From positions 35,496 through 99,495 of the forward strand of contig JAIBBU010000010.1 in assembly GCA_019694515.1 (NCBI GenBank): a stretch of 64,000 nucleotides of DNA. Reading direction: 5' to 3'. This stretch comes from Oligoflexia bacterium. Lineage in GTDB: Bacteria; Bdellovibrionota_C; UBA2361; JBGSMV01. The position numbers were made by a program, and so were the translations under genes. Numbering within the stretch: the stretch's first letter is position 1; the number at the start of each line of letters is the position of its first letter. Shown piece by piece: positions 1-9,182 of the stretch. The notes below the pieces were generated by a model. The model had not been told where the DNA came from and ran no database searches. It saw nothing but the letters and a program-made list of their open reading frames with translations.

Positions 1-325
1 ATAGCAGCGGCAGGTTGTAGGCGGCTGCAAAATTCGTTGTAAAGCATGAGGCCAGCTTCGAGATCAGAGATGGAAAGAGATAGTTATCGCTATAAGCTAA
101 GGAGCGTCCGAAGGGATAAAAAAAATCGGCGTCAAAACCCTGTGATGGCCAGCTGAAAAACTTAGAAATATTGTACTGGGTGAGCCAGACATACAGCCCG
201 GGGTCGGTACGTGCTCCCCCATAGAAGGCGTGATTGAATTGATTTAGGACTGGGTTGAACTCGATCGAAAAGATAGCAAAGAGCAGGGCGAAGATGGCGC
301 AATGCTTTAGGCAGGTTTTGGACAT
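1..325 (-). CDS. Hypothetical integral membrane protein, N-terminal part only; the gene runs off the window start
   Basis: ATG at 325 on the minus strand. The open frame reads MSKTCLKHCAIFALLFAIFSIEFNPVLNQFNHAFYGGARTDPGLYVWLTQYNISKFFSWPSQGF... to position 1. It has a hydrophobic N-terminus. It is absent from the ORF track only because it has no in-window stop. Confidence 0.4.
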   Translation of the reverse strand, partial: MSKTCLKHCAIFALLFAIFSIEFNPVLNQFNHAFYGGARTDPGLYVWLTQYNISKFFSWPSQGFDADFFYPFGRSLAYSDNYLFPSLISKLASCFTTNFAAAYNLPLL

Positions 326-427
326 AACTGCTCAAAGATATGAGTTTCTGCGGGTCTTTTCCAGATGGCGGGGCTTTTTTAGCGGCATTTTATTAAGAAA
401 ATCTATTAGAGACCGATATAGGAAAGC

Positions 428-1534
428 GTGATTTTAACTGCTGTGTTCATAACTACCCTGGCTCTTCGTCTACAGACCGCGCCGCCGGAGCAAGTAGATG
501 GCTCCGTGCCGCCTGCCTTAGGGCATTATCTCGCACGCAAGAAGAAGCGACCGGCTTGCCGTGATCACCGCGACAATGACGCTGATGGCTTGATTGATTA
601 TCCAAGTGATTCCGGTTGCTCCAGCCGCAATGACAAACGTGAGGCCAATCCTCCGTCTCAGGAGGGTGTTGTAGTTGGGGAGAGCTTGGCGGGACGCCAA
701 ATTTTTCCATCCGACAATCCTTGGAATCAGGACATCTCAGGAGAACCGGTCGATTCCAACTCAGCCGTGCTGATCGCGAGCATCGGAAATGATACTGGAC
801 TGCACCCCGACTTCGGTACATTTTGGGACAATCGTCCCATGGGATTTTCATATGTAGTAGTACCGGGAACCCTAGCGAAGAGTCAGGTAAGCTTCGACTA
901 TGCGGATGAAAGCGATTCCGGACCCTATCCGATCCCGCTTAATCCGCCGATTGAAGGCGGAAAAAATTCGGATGGCGACCGCCATATATTAATGGTCGAC
1001 CGTGACAATTGGATACTCTATGAATTGTTCTATGCGTACAAGCGCAGCTCCGGATGGACCGCTGGGTCCGGCGCTATCTTCGATCTTAATTCAAATGATT
1101 TGCGGCCCGATGGTTGGACCTCTGCCGATGCGGCGGGGTTACCGATTTTACCGGGACTGGCGCGCTACGATGAAGTAGCAGAACAGGGTGAGATCACGCA
1201 CGCGCTGCGTTTTACCGCGGAAAATACTCGGCGGGCATACGTTGCGCCCGCGCGGCACTATGCCAGCAGCAATACCTCGGCTTCGCTGCCTCCGATGGGG
1301 ATGCGGGTAAGGCTAAAGGCCTCCTTCGATATCTCCGGATTTTCGGCCCACAATCAGGTGATTTTGCGGGCGCTCAAGAAATACGGAATGTTCCTTGCCG
1401 ACAACGGCTCAGATTGGTTCATTAGCGGCACCCACGATACACGCTGGGATGACGAAGATTTGAATCAACTAAAAAGCATCAAGGGGCGCAGCTTCGAGGT
1501 TGTGCAGATGGGTGCGGTGACGGTCGGGGATTAG
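428..1534 (+). CDS. Hypothetical secreted protein (GTG start, hydrophobic N-terminus, DNDADGLIDY Asp-rich calcium-binding-like motif)
   Basis: 368-aa ORF with AGGAAA 4 nt upstream of GTG and coding-like composition. I recognise no specific family. Confidence 0.5.
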   Translation: MILTAVFITTLALRLQTAPPEQVDGSVPPALGHYLARKKKRPACRDHRDNDADGLIDYPSDSGCSSRNDKREANPPSQEGVVVGESLAGRQIFPSDNPWNQDISGEPVDSNSAVLIASIGNDTGLHPDFGTFWDNRPMGFSYVVVPGTLAKSQVSFDYADESDSGPYPIPLNPPIEGGKNSDGDRHILMVDRDNWILYELFYAYKRSSGWTAGSGAIFDLNSNDLRPDGWTSADAAGLPILPGLARYDEVAEQGEITHALRFTAENTRRAYVAPARHYASSNTSASLPPMGMRVRLKASFDISGFSAHNQVILRALKKYGMFLADNGSDWFISGTHDTRWDDEDLNQLKSIKGRSFEVVQMGAVTVGD

Positions 1535-1611
1535 CGACCGCAGCTTCCAAATTATTTGGCAGGGGCGGTTCTTTTAGTAAGTTCTTGGGCATACGATCTA
1601 CTTGCCATAAT

Positions 1612-1714
1612 GGTAGGGATTGCCCGCTTCCGCTCATGCTACGGCGTGGCAGGCTTTCGCTCCGCTCGCAATGACAAGGGTTGTCATTGCGAGCGGAGCG
1701 AAGCAATCCCTACC
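1612..1714. repeat. MITE-like palindromic repeat, copy A (12-bp perfect terminal inverted repeats GGTAGGGATTGC/GCAATCCCTACC, internal 18-bp palindrome GCTCCGCTCGCAATGACA)
   Basis: Sequence read directly. It shares the core GTCATTGCGAGCGGAGCGAAGCAATCCCTAC with the copies near 8.4, 24.9, 36.2, 57.2 and 62.3 kb. It sits between the convergent genes 428..1534 and 1786..2220. Confidence 0.85.
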
Positions 1715-1785
1715 ATCATGCCTAGCAGCTCACCGGCCGAGGATGCGATTGAAGGGGGCTTCAATCGCGGAACTTCCGTTTGCCT

Positions 1786-2220
1786 CTACTTGCTTTTCCC
1801 CGGCACCACCGCCAGCGTGCATCTCGAAGCGCATACCAGTTTGTTTTCATCATCCCGAATTTCAATCTGCCAAACCTGGGTCTTTAAACCCACATGCAGC
1901 GGTGTTGCCCGTCCGGTGATGGTGCCGTCTCTAACGGCGCGGATATGATTGGCGTTGATCTCAATTCCGACCACTGCCGTGCTCTCGTCTTTGACATTGA
2001 GCCAGCCGCCGACCGAGGCCAGACTCTCAGCCAATACCACCGAAACGCCGCCATGCAGCAGTCCAAACGGCTGCTGGCTTTTCTTGGTAACCGGCATGCG
2101 GGCTTGGACGCAGTCTTTCTTCAAAATTTGGAATTCGACTCCTAGCAGGTGATCGATCGTGCCTTTCCGTTTAGCGAGCAGCGAATCAACCCGCGGTTGA
2201 AGATCTGGCGTTGTTTCCAT
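1786..2220 (-). CDS. PaaI/YbdB-family hotdog-fold acyl-CoA thioesterase
   Basis: 144 aa. The GLLHGGVSVVLAESLAS motif is typical of PaaI-type thioesterases. Confidence 0.8.
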   Translation of the reverse strand: METTPDLQPRVDSLLAKRKGTIDHLLGVEFQILKKDCVQARMPVTKKSQQPFGLLHGGVSVVLAESLASVGGWLNVKDESTAVVGIEINANHIRAVRDGTITGRATPLHVGLKTQVWQIEIRDDENKLVCASRCTLAVVPGKSK

Positions 2221-2369
2221 GCGCCAATCTTATGTCATAAGACGCTTCAGAGGAAACTTGATTTCCTACGGTCGTTTAACTAGAACTGGTCGAGCGATAT
2301 CGGTTCGAATAGCGCGTTATCGAACCCACGGTTTGTGCTCCTAAAGTAGGAGCCTCAAGAGGAACGCCC

Positions 2370-3119
2370 ATGACAGAACAAGGCAAGGTCACATCAACTC
2401 TCGATCAGGGCATTACCACCATCACATTCAGTCATCCGCGTAGTAACTCGATGCCTGGAGCGTTGCTGCGTGCACTTGCTGCAGAGATTGATCGTGCCGG
2501 CGCGGATAAGCAGTCACGCGTAATCGTACTGTCCTCTGAGGGTGAGAAAATATTCTGTGCCGGAGCTTCTTTTGATGAGATGAAGACGATCAAGTCGGTG
2601 GAGCAGGGGCTGCAGTTCTTTTCCGGATTTGCCACGGTTATTCTCGCGATGCGGCGTTGTCCGAAATTTATCGTAGCGCGCATTCAAGGCAAAGCCGCTG
2701 GCGGCGGGGTGGGAATTCTCTCCGCTTGTGACTACGTCTTCGCGCATAGCAGCGCTTCCGTCAGACTAAGTGAACTGGCGATTGGGATCGGCCCTTTTAT
2801 TATTGGTCCCGCAGTGCAGCGGAAGGTTGGTCTGGCTGCGTTCACTGAGATGGCAATCTCGGCCGATTGGCGCGACGCTCAGTGGGCAAAGTCGCACGGC
2901 CTTTTCGTCGAATGTTTTGCAACTCACAAAGAATTGGATACTGCGGTTTCCGAATTTGCAGCCAAGCTCGCGGGCTGCTCAGCCGAGGCCATGGCAAAGT
3001 TAAAGGGAGTATTGTGGGAGGGGACTGAGCACTGGGAAGATCTGCTAATTCGCCGGGCCCGATTTACCAGCGATCTGGTTCTAAGTGACTTCGTCCAGAC
3101 CACTATTTCTAAGATGTAG
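2370..3119 (+). CDS. Enoyl-CoA hydratase/isomerase (crotonase) family protein
   Basis: 249 aa with crotonase-fold motifs (VIVLSSEGEKIFCAGASFDEM ... GKAAGGGVGI). GAGGAA lies 7 nt upstream of the ATG. Confidence 0.85.
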   Translation: MTEQGKVTSTLDQGITTITFSHPRSNSMPGALLRALAAEIDRAGADKQSRVIVLSSEGEKIFCAGASFDEMKTIKSVEQGLQFFSGFATVILAMRRCPKFIVARIQGKAAGGGVGILSACDYVFAHSSASVRLSELAIGIGPFIIGPAVQRKVGLAAFTEMAISADWRDAQWAKSHGLFVECFATHKELDTAVSEFAAKLAGCSAEAMAKLKGVLWEGTEHWEDLLIRRARFTSDLVLSDFVQTTISKM

Positions 3120-3156
3120 CTAACGGCCGGCTACCCATACCAAACTGCCTCCAGGC

Positions 3157-3174
3157 TTGATGTTAGTCATACGA
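3157..3174. promoter_or_regulatory. Candidate TetR-family operator palindrome TAGTCA-N6-TGACTA upstream of the tetR-efflux operon
   Basis: Perfect 6-bp inverted arms, about 40 bp upstream of the tetR start codon. An ATACGTAT palindrome lies just downstream. Confidence 0.3.
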
Positions 3175-3210
3175 TTGACTAAATTAACTTGATACGTATA
3201 CTCAACAAAA

Positions 3211-3915
3211 TTGTTGGTATGTACCACCATGGAAGACTCTAAGAATCCATCGAAAAGCGCGCTGATTGAAGCAGCCCAAAGGCTCTTCACTGCCAAGGCT
3301 TACGAGGCGGTCAGCACTCGAGAACTGGCGGAAACTGCCGGCGTCAATCTGGGAGCAATCCAGTATTACTTCGGCTCGAAAGCCAAGCTCTTTGCGACTG
3401 CACTGCACGGCATGATGGAAGATGGGCCGATCGCCCAGGTCTATTCGCAGCTGGAGGATGAGTTTCAGAGCGGCGCCGATGCCGCCGCAGCGCTGTGCCG
3501 TTTTGTCTCCACCTGGCTTCAGTATCTGGTGGGGCAGGAGGGGCCGCATGCCTGCCGCTGCATGTTTCGTGAGATTCTATCCCAAAACAGTGACGCCGAA
3601 CTCTTCGAGGTGATCGTAGCAGAGTTTGTGGAGAACTATTCCCGACCGCTTTCGGCGCGGCTTCAGAAAGTTATTTTGACCATTAATCCGAAACTTTCGG
3701 TGGAGGAGTTAGGTTGGACCACGCATAGCGTTATCTCTCAGTGCGTCTTTTACGTTACGCACCGGCCGTTTATCGAGCATATGCGGGCGATTAACCTTTC
3801 GGAGCCGGAAGTACTGCGAAAGATTGGGATGCATGTGGCGGGATTTTCATTGCGGGGTTTGCGTTGCGAAGAGTCCTTTATCGAGCGGGCACTCGCGCAT
3901 GGTTTTGAAGCATGA
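3211..3915 (+). CDS. TetR/AcrR-family transcriptional regulator
   Basis: The N-terminal HTH signature (EAAQRLFTAKAYEAVSTRELAETAGVNLGAIQYYFGSKAKLF) is a classic TetR N-domain. It is the first gene of an efflux operon. Confidence 0.85.
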   Translation: MLVCTTMEDSKNPSKSALIEAAQRLFTAKAYEAVSTRELAETAGVNLGAIQYYFGSKAKLFATALHGMMEDGPIAQVYSQLEDEFQSGADAAAALCRFVSTWLQYLVGQEGPHACRCMFREILSQNSDAELFEVIVAEFVENYSRPLSARLQKVILTINPKLSVEELGWTTHSVISQCVFYVTHRPFIEHMRAINLSEPEVLRKIGMHVAGFSLRGLRCEESFIERALAHGFEA

Positions 3916-3932
3916 TTTTGAAAGGGTGAAAG

Positions 3933-5105
3933 ATGACTACCTCAACTGTGCGCGAAATGGCGCTTAGAAGTCCGGAGATGAAACGTATCCTTTGGCGTGT
4001 AGGTCTGGCGCTGCTCGCCGTTTTTCTACTGCTGGGCGGGATCAAGTTCTGGCAGATCTCGGCTGCAATTGCCGGTCATGCCTCGTTCAGCCCCCCACCT
4101 GAAGCTGTGACCTCAATGCGGGCGGAGCAATCTGTATGGCAGCCTGCGCTCGAGTTGGTGGGCTCACTTAACCCGTCGCGCGGCGTGACCATTAGCGCAG
4201 AGGTCGGTGGAACCGTTGCTAGAATCGGATTCGAGTCGGGCGCGGACGTCAAGCAGGGTGATTTATTGGTGCAATTGGACACCGGGGTGGAGCAAGCTCA
4301 GCTCCGGTCTGCTGAAGCGATGCACGAACTGGCGCGAGTTAAGCTGGCCCGCGCTCAAAAATTACGGGCGCAGAGCGCTGTATCTGAACAAGAGTTAAAC
4401 GATGCGGTGGCCGAGGAGCATCGCGCGGCTGCGAGCGCTGACGAACTTAAGGCCACGATCGCCAAGAAGACGATTGTCGCGCCCTTTAGTGGACGGACCG
4501 GCATCCGGATGGTCAACGTGGGTGAATTTATAAAGGAAGGAGTGGCGGTCGTTCCGCTGCATGCTTTGAATCCGCTCTTTCTCGACTTCTCCGTTCCACA
4601 GCAGCAGGTAATGCAGTTGAAGCTGGGACAGCAGATCCATTTCGCAGTTGATGTTTATCCCGGGGCAACTTTTGAGGGCGCCGTCACCGCGATCGATCCG
4701 CAGATTGATCCCGTCACTCGCAACGTCCGAGTACAGGCTACGATTCAGAATCCAGAGGAGAAGCTGCGTCCGGGTATGTTCGCGCGCGTCAGCCTGATTC
4801 TGAACGAGAAGCAGCAAGTGTTAGCCATTCCAAGTTCCTCGATTAACTACGCGCCCTACGGTAACTCGATCTATGTGATCGAAAAAATGAAGAATCCCAA
4901 GGGCGAAGAGTATTTAGGTGTGCGGCAGCAGTTCGTGCGATTGGGCAAGAGCCAGGGAGACCTGGTGGCAGTGCTGGAAGGTTTAAAACCGGGCGAAGAG
5001 GTCGTGACCTCGGGTGTCTTTAAACTGCGGCCGGGCGCTGCTGTGCAGGTCAATAATTCGGTGATGCCCGGAAGTGATGCCGCTCCAAACCCGGCCGATA
5101 CTTAG
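3933..5105 (+). CDS. RND efflux periplasmic adaptor (membrane fusion protein, HlyD/AcrA family)
   Basis: N-terminal TM segment, then biotinyl-lipoyl and beta-barrel motifs (GVTISAEVGGTVARIGFESGADVKQGDLLVQLD). It lies immediately upstream of the RND permease. Confidence 0.85.
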   Translation: MTTSTVREMALRSPEMKRILWRVGLALLAVFLLLGGIKFWQISAAIAGHASFSPPPEAVTSMRAEQSVWQPALELVGSLNPSRGVTISAEVGGTVARIGFESGADVKQGDLLVQLDTGVEQAQLRSAEAMHELARVKLARAQKLRAQSAVSEQELNDAVAEEHRAAASADELKATIAKKTIVAPFSGRTGIRMVNVGEFIKEGVAVVPLHALNPLFLDFSVPQQQVMQLKLGQQIHFAVDVYPGATFEGAVTAIDPQIDPVTRNVRVQATIQNPEEKLRPGMFARVSLILNEKQQVLAIPSSSINYAPYGNSIYVIEKMKNPKGEEYLGVRQQFVRLGKSQGDLVAVLEGLKPGEEVVTSGVFKLRPGAAVQVNNSVMPGSDAAPNPADT

Positions 5106-5118
5106 ACCGGAGGCCAAA

Positions 5119-8100
5119 GTGAAACTTACCGATATCTTCATCCGTCGTCCGGTTCTATCGATTTGTGTGAATCTGCTGATCCTGCTGGTTGGGTACGAAT
5201 CCGTGCGGGTCTTGAATGTTCGGCAGTATCCGCGCAGTGACAACGCCGTGGCCACGGTGCGGACAGTTTACATCGGCGCAAATGCCGATTTGGTGCGCGG
5301 CTTTGTGACGACGCCGGTAGAGCGGGCGGTCGCCAGCGCTGATGGTATCGATTACCTCGAGTCCTCTAGCAAACAGGGGATGAGCGAGATCGTGGCCCAT
5401 CTCAAACTCAATTATGATACGAACGCGGCTTTGGCCCAGCTCCAATCTCGCATTGCACAGGTGCGTAATGAGCTTCCGCCTGAAGCTGAATCGCCGACGA
5501 TTAGTGTGGAGACCAGCGATAATCGCTTTGCCTCGATGTATCTTAGCTTCTACTCCAAAGAGCTGGATCAGAATGAGATTACCGATTTTCTCACCCGTGT
5601 GGTTCAACCCAAGCTCACCGCCGTAAGCGGTGTGCAAAAAGCCGATATTCTGGGCGCGCGTACCTTTGCTATGCGGATCTGGCTCAAACCTGACCGCATG
5701 GCGGCTTTAGGAGTGAGCGCCACGAATGTGCGGGAAGCGCTGTCCAGCAATAATTACCTCTCAGCGGTCGGTAATACCAAGGGATCGATGATCACGGTGA
5801 ATCTCACCGCCAATACCGATTTACGCTCCAAGGAGGAATTCGAGCGGCTGGTGATCAAGGAGTCCAACGGTACGATTATCCGCTTGAGCGACATTGCTGA
5901 TGTGGTCTTAGGTGCGGAGAGCTACGACGAAGAAGTACGGTTTGACGGTGAGAAGGCCACCTTCATGGGAGTATGGGTGCTGCCCAACGCCAACTCGCTC
6001 GATGTGATTCAGCGCGTGCGGGCTGAAATGCCTGGAATTCAAGCGATCTTGCCGGCCGGCATGAAGGCCGGAATTCCCTACGACGCCACTAAGTATATTA
6101 ACGACTCGATTCATGAGGTCATCAAGACCCTGATCGAAACCATTCTGATCGTGATCTTGGTAATTTATCTATTTATCGGCTCGCTGCGTTCCGTGCTGGT
6201 GCCGATCGTTGCGATTCCGCTCTCGCTAGTCGGTGCTGCGGGAGTGATGCTGCTATTCGGCTTTACCATCAATCTTCTGACCCTGCTGGCGATTGTGCTG
6301 GCCGTGGGTTTGGTAGTGGATGACGCGATCGTAATGCTGGAAAACATCGAACGACACGTTTCCGAGGGCATGGCGCCTTTTGATGCGGCATTGAAGGGCG
6401 CGCGCGAGCTGGTGGGGCCGACCATTGCCATGACTATTACTCTGGCTGCGGTATATGCTCCGATCGGATTGCAGGGGGGACTGACCGGCACCCTTTTCCG
6501 GGAGTTCGCCTTTACACTAGCGGGCGCCGTGGTGATCTCCGGCATCGTGGCCTTGACCCTTTCGCCGATGATGTCATCCAAGCTTTTGCACACCAGTGAA
6601 AATCCTGCTCGCATGGAGCTGGTGTTAAATCGATTTTTTGAACGGCTGAGTGCGCGCTACGATAGGCTCTTGGCCCAGACCCTCTCGTATCGCCCGGCGG
6701 TGTTATTAGTAGCGGTATTTGTGATGGTGCTGCTGCCGATTTTTTACATGTTCTCGGTAAAGGAGTTAGCACCGCGCGAAGATCAAGGGGTGGTTTTTAG
6801 TATCGTGCAGGCGGCCCCCAATTCCTCGCTCGATCAAACGCTGCTCTTTACCGATAAGGTCAATCAGGCCTTCACGGCGCTTCCAGAGTTCGCCAATTCG
6901 TTTCAACTAATCGGTCCAAGTTTCGGGTTCTCGGGAGTAGTGTTGAAGCCGTGGAGCCAAAGATCCCGCACAGCGCAGGAGATTGAGGGCGAGATGTGGG
7001 GCAGTATGTCCTCGATCGCCGGAATCCGAGTAATCGTCACTACACCACCGCCGCTCCCCGGCGGCAGTGACTTTCCAGTCGAGTTCATTATCGCTTCGAC
7101 GGCAGAACCTCACCAAACCTTCGAGGTAGCACAGAAGCTGGTGATGAGCGCCTTCGAGAGCGGCATGTTTATGTTCGCCGATACCGATCTGAAATACGAT
7201 CAGCCGCAAACCGAGATCGTAATTGACCGGGATAAAGTCGCCATGTTGGGGCTGAACTTGCAGCAGATCGGAGCGGATCTGAGCGGGATGCTGGGAGGAG
7301 GATATGTTAATCGCTTCAATATACAGGGGCGGAGCTATAAGGTTATTCCCCAGGTTAAACGCAACGAGCGCTTGAACCCAGAACAGCTGATGAGCTTCTA
7401 TGTGAGCGGACCGGAGGGCAAACTTGTCCCGGTGTCGACCTTCGCTGCATTGAAGAACACCGTGGAACCCCGGCAGCTAAATCGCTTTCAGCAATTGAAC
7501 TCGGCTAAGATTCAGGGCGCGCCGGTACCCGGAGTAACGATCGATCAGGCCCTCCAGTTCCTCGAAAAGAAAGCGGCCGAGTTGTTGCCTCAGGGCTATG
7601 TGATTGACTATGCCGGCGAGTCCAGGCAGCTGCGTACTGAAGGAAATGCCCTGATTACCACCCTATTTCTGGCGTTGTTGGTGATCTTCTTGGTGCTGGC
7701 TGCGCAGTTTGAGAGCTTCCGTGATCCCTTCATCGTGTTGGCGGGCTCTGTGCCGCTGGCCCTTTCGGGTGCTTTGCTTTTCACCTTCCTTGGATTCACG
7801 ACGATTAATATTTATACCCAAGTAGGATTGATAACCTTGGTGGGGCTGGTCGCAAAGAACGGAATTCTAATTGTGGAGTTTGCGAATAAACTTCAGGAAC
7901 GCGGAAAATCAAAACTTGAGGCAGTGCAGGAAGCCGCAGCTACCCGCTTGCGTCCGATTTTGATGACCTCGGTCGCCACGGTAGCCGGCCATTTTCCGCT
8001 GATCTTGGCAACTGGGGCTGGAGCTGGCGCGAGAAACAGTATTGGTATTGTGCTTTGTACCGGTATGACTGTGGGAACGATCTTTACCTTGTTTGTAGTG

Positions 8101-8223
8101 CCCAGCATTTACATGTTAGTGGCGCGCGATTTTGCACGGCGGCGGACGGAACACTTGTCTGGCAGCGGCGTGCACACGAATGGTGCACCATTTCGAGAAG
8201 AGCTGGCGGGAGAGGCGCGGTAG
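5119..8223 (+). CDS. RND multidrug efflux permease (AcrB/HAE1 family); GTG start at 5119 preferred over the track ATG at 5074
   Basis: About 1035 aa with 12-TM RND architecture. It begins VKLTDIFIRRPVLS, which matches the MxxTxFFIxRPV RND start. GGAGG lies 5 nt upstream of the GTG. No outer-membrane factor gene follows. Confidence 0.9.
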   Translation: MKLTDIFIRRPVLSICVNLLILLVGYESVRVLNVRQYPRSDNAVATVRTVYIGANADLVRGFVTTPVERAVASADGIDYLESSSKQGMSEIVAHLKLNYDTNAALAQLQSRIAQVRNELPPEAESPTISVETSDNRFASMYLSFYSKELDQNEITDFLTRVVQPKLTAVSGVQKADILGARTFAMRIWLKPDRMAALGVSATNVREALSSNNYLSAVGNTKGSMITVNLTANTDLRSKEEFERLVIKESNGTIIRLSDIADVVLGAESYDEEVRFDGEKATFMGVWVLPNANSLDVIQRVRAEMPGIQAILPAGMKAGIPYDATKYINDSIHEVIKTLIETILIVILVIYLFIGSLRSVLVPIVAIPLSLVGAAGVMLLFGFTINLLTLLAIVLAVGLVVDDAIVMLENIERHVSEGMAPFDAALKGARELVGPTIAMTITLAAVYAPIGLQGGLTGTLFREFAFTLAGAVVISGIVALTLSPMMSSKLLHTSENPARMELVLNRFFERLSARYDRLLAQTLSYRPAVLLVAVFVMVLLPIFYMFSVKELAPREDQGVVFSIVQAAPNSSLDQTLLFTDKVNQAFTALPEFANSFQLIGPSFGFSGVVLKPWSQRSRTAQEIEGEMWGSMSSIAGIRVIVTTPPPLPGGSDFPVEFIIASTAEPHQTFEVAQKLVMSAFESGMFMFADTDLKYDQPQTEIVIDRDKVAMLGLNLQQIGADLSGMLGGGYVNRFNIQGRSYKVIPQVKRNERLNPEQLMSFYVSGPEGKLVPVSTFAALKNTVEPRQLNRFQQLNSAKIQGAPVPGVTIDQALQFLEKKAAELLPQGYVIDYAGESRQLRTEGNALITTLFLALLVIFLVLAAQFESFRDPFIVLAGSVPLALSGALLFTFLGFTTINIYTQVGLITLVGLVAKNGILIVEFANKLQERGKSKLEAVQEAAATRLRPILMTSVATVAGHFPLILATGAGAGARNSIGIVLCTGMTVGTIFTLFVVPSIYMLVARDFARRRTEHLSGSGVHTNGAPFREELAGEAR

Positions 8224-8376
8224 GTACGGGCTGTCTGACCAGCAGTTCGCGTTTGCTTGGCGCTCGATCGTATTAATTGCGGCTTCCGACTGATTATTCT
8301 CCGGGCTAATAGCGCATTTTTGAGGGAGGCTGCTCTTTTAGCGCTGGCTTAGGCAAACATACCTCGTGCCTTAGCG

Positions 8377-8446
8377 TTAGGGATTGCTTCGCTTCGCTCG
8401 CAATGACAGTGCTTTGTCATTGCGAGCGAAGCGAAGCAATCCCTAA
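8377..8446. repeat. MITE-like palindromic repeat, copy B (perfect 32-bp inverted arms TTAGGGATTGCTTCGCTTCGCTCGCAATGACA around a 6-nt centre)
   Basis: Read directly. It lies downstream of the RND operon, between convergent genes. Confidence 0.85.
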
Positions 8447-8504
8447 GGTTAAAGCAGGATGCAATCAATCCAATGTCGATTGAGAAGGGGCGCTCCGCCA
8501 GATC

Positions 8505-8999
8505 CTAGCAGGACGAACTATTATAGCACCGATTTGGATCAGGGATGGCAATACAGGTCTTGTCTCCCGCCTTGACGTAAACCGCTTTGCTCTTGGTATT
8601 GCGCTGCGCAGTGGTAGCAACAGATCCGGGGCTCTTCTTGTCGCCGCATCCCCAGCCGCCATAATAACGGGCGGCGTATGCCGATCCAGCAGGAGAATAG
8701 GACCCTAGCTTGTGCACTAAATTTCCGGCCTTGTCATATACTCCGAGACACGAAAATCGAGGCCGGGCATTTCCCCGCATAAAGATCAGCGAGGTGCTGT
8801 TCTTACGCGGATCGCCGCTGGAAAGATGATCGGAGGCCTTGGACTTCCAGATCTCGCCCCCCACCAGGTTTCGCACTACGGGGCAGACTGAGGAAAAGGA
8901 GCGAGTTGCTCTAAGCAGGGTCAGCTTCCGGTTCAGCGCCTGAGCTGACGGTGCCAGAAACATAACCAACATAGCCACGACCACAATTCGTTTTAACAT
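8505..8999 (-). CDS. Small secreted Cys-containing hypothetical protein (start moved to the internal Met that precedes the signal peptide MLKRIVVVAMLVMFLAPSAQA)
   Basis: The ORF 8505..9158 carries a clear Sec signal peptide beginning at residue 54. The corresponding ATG is at 8999. Confidence 0.45.
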   Translation of the reverse strand: MLKRIVVVAMLVMFLAPSAQALNRKLTLLRATRSFSSVCPVVRNLVGGEIWKSKASDHLSSGDPRKNSTSLIFMRGNARPRFSCLGVYDKAGNLVHKLGSYSPAGSAYAARYYGGWGCGDKKSPGSVATTAQRNTKSKAVYVKAGDKTCIAIPDPNRCYNSSSC

Positions 9000-9182
9000 T
9001 ACATATCTCCGTTTCGAGCAGTCCAAGCCGATTAACCCATTCTTAGCATGCACCAGCACGATCAACCAGTCAGGTTGCTGCCCTTGCTTAAGCCAAAAAA
9101 GTGCGCCAAAATCTGCAAACTTCCGGGGGCGAGACCCCGAGCTTCTATTCGCCCTCATTTACCGCAAAGGGGGGCACGCGCC

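Noticed and set aside
1556-1948. Track ORFs 1556..1948(+), 1620..1919(+) and 1479..1706(-), which give peptides like ..GCHCERSEAIP..
   Set aside because: They run through MITE-like repeat copy A. The peptides are the well-known translation artefact of the GTCATTGCGAGCGGAGCGAAGCAATCC palindrome, not genes. The same applies to 24796..25002, 24917..25156, 36229..36447, 35933..36271 and 62155..62376.
2291-2320. GGTTCGAAT...TCGAACC, a tRNA T-arm-like sequence
   Set aside because: The stem is 7 bp with an 11-nt loop. No acceptor, D or anticodon arms can be built around it. It is an intergenic palindrome, not a tRNA.
5074-5118. Track start at 5074 for the RND permease (MMPLQTRPILRPEAK...)
   Set aside because: This start would overlap the adaptor gene by 32 nt and adds a non-conserved N-extension. 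The GTG at 5119 gives the canonical VKLTDIFIRRPV start with a GGAGG RBS.
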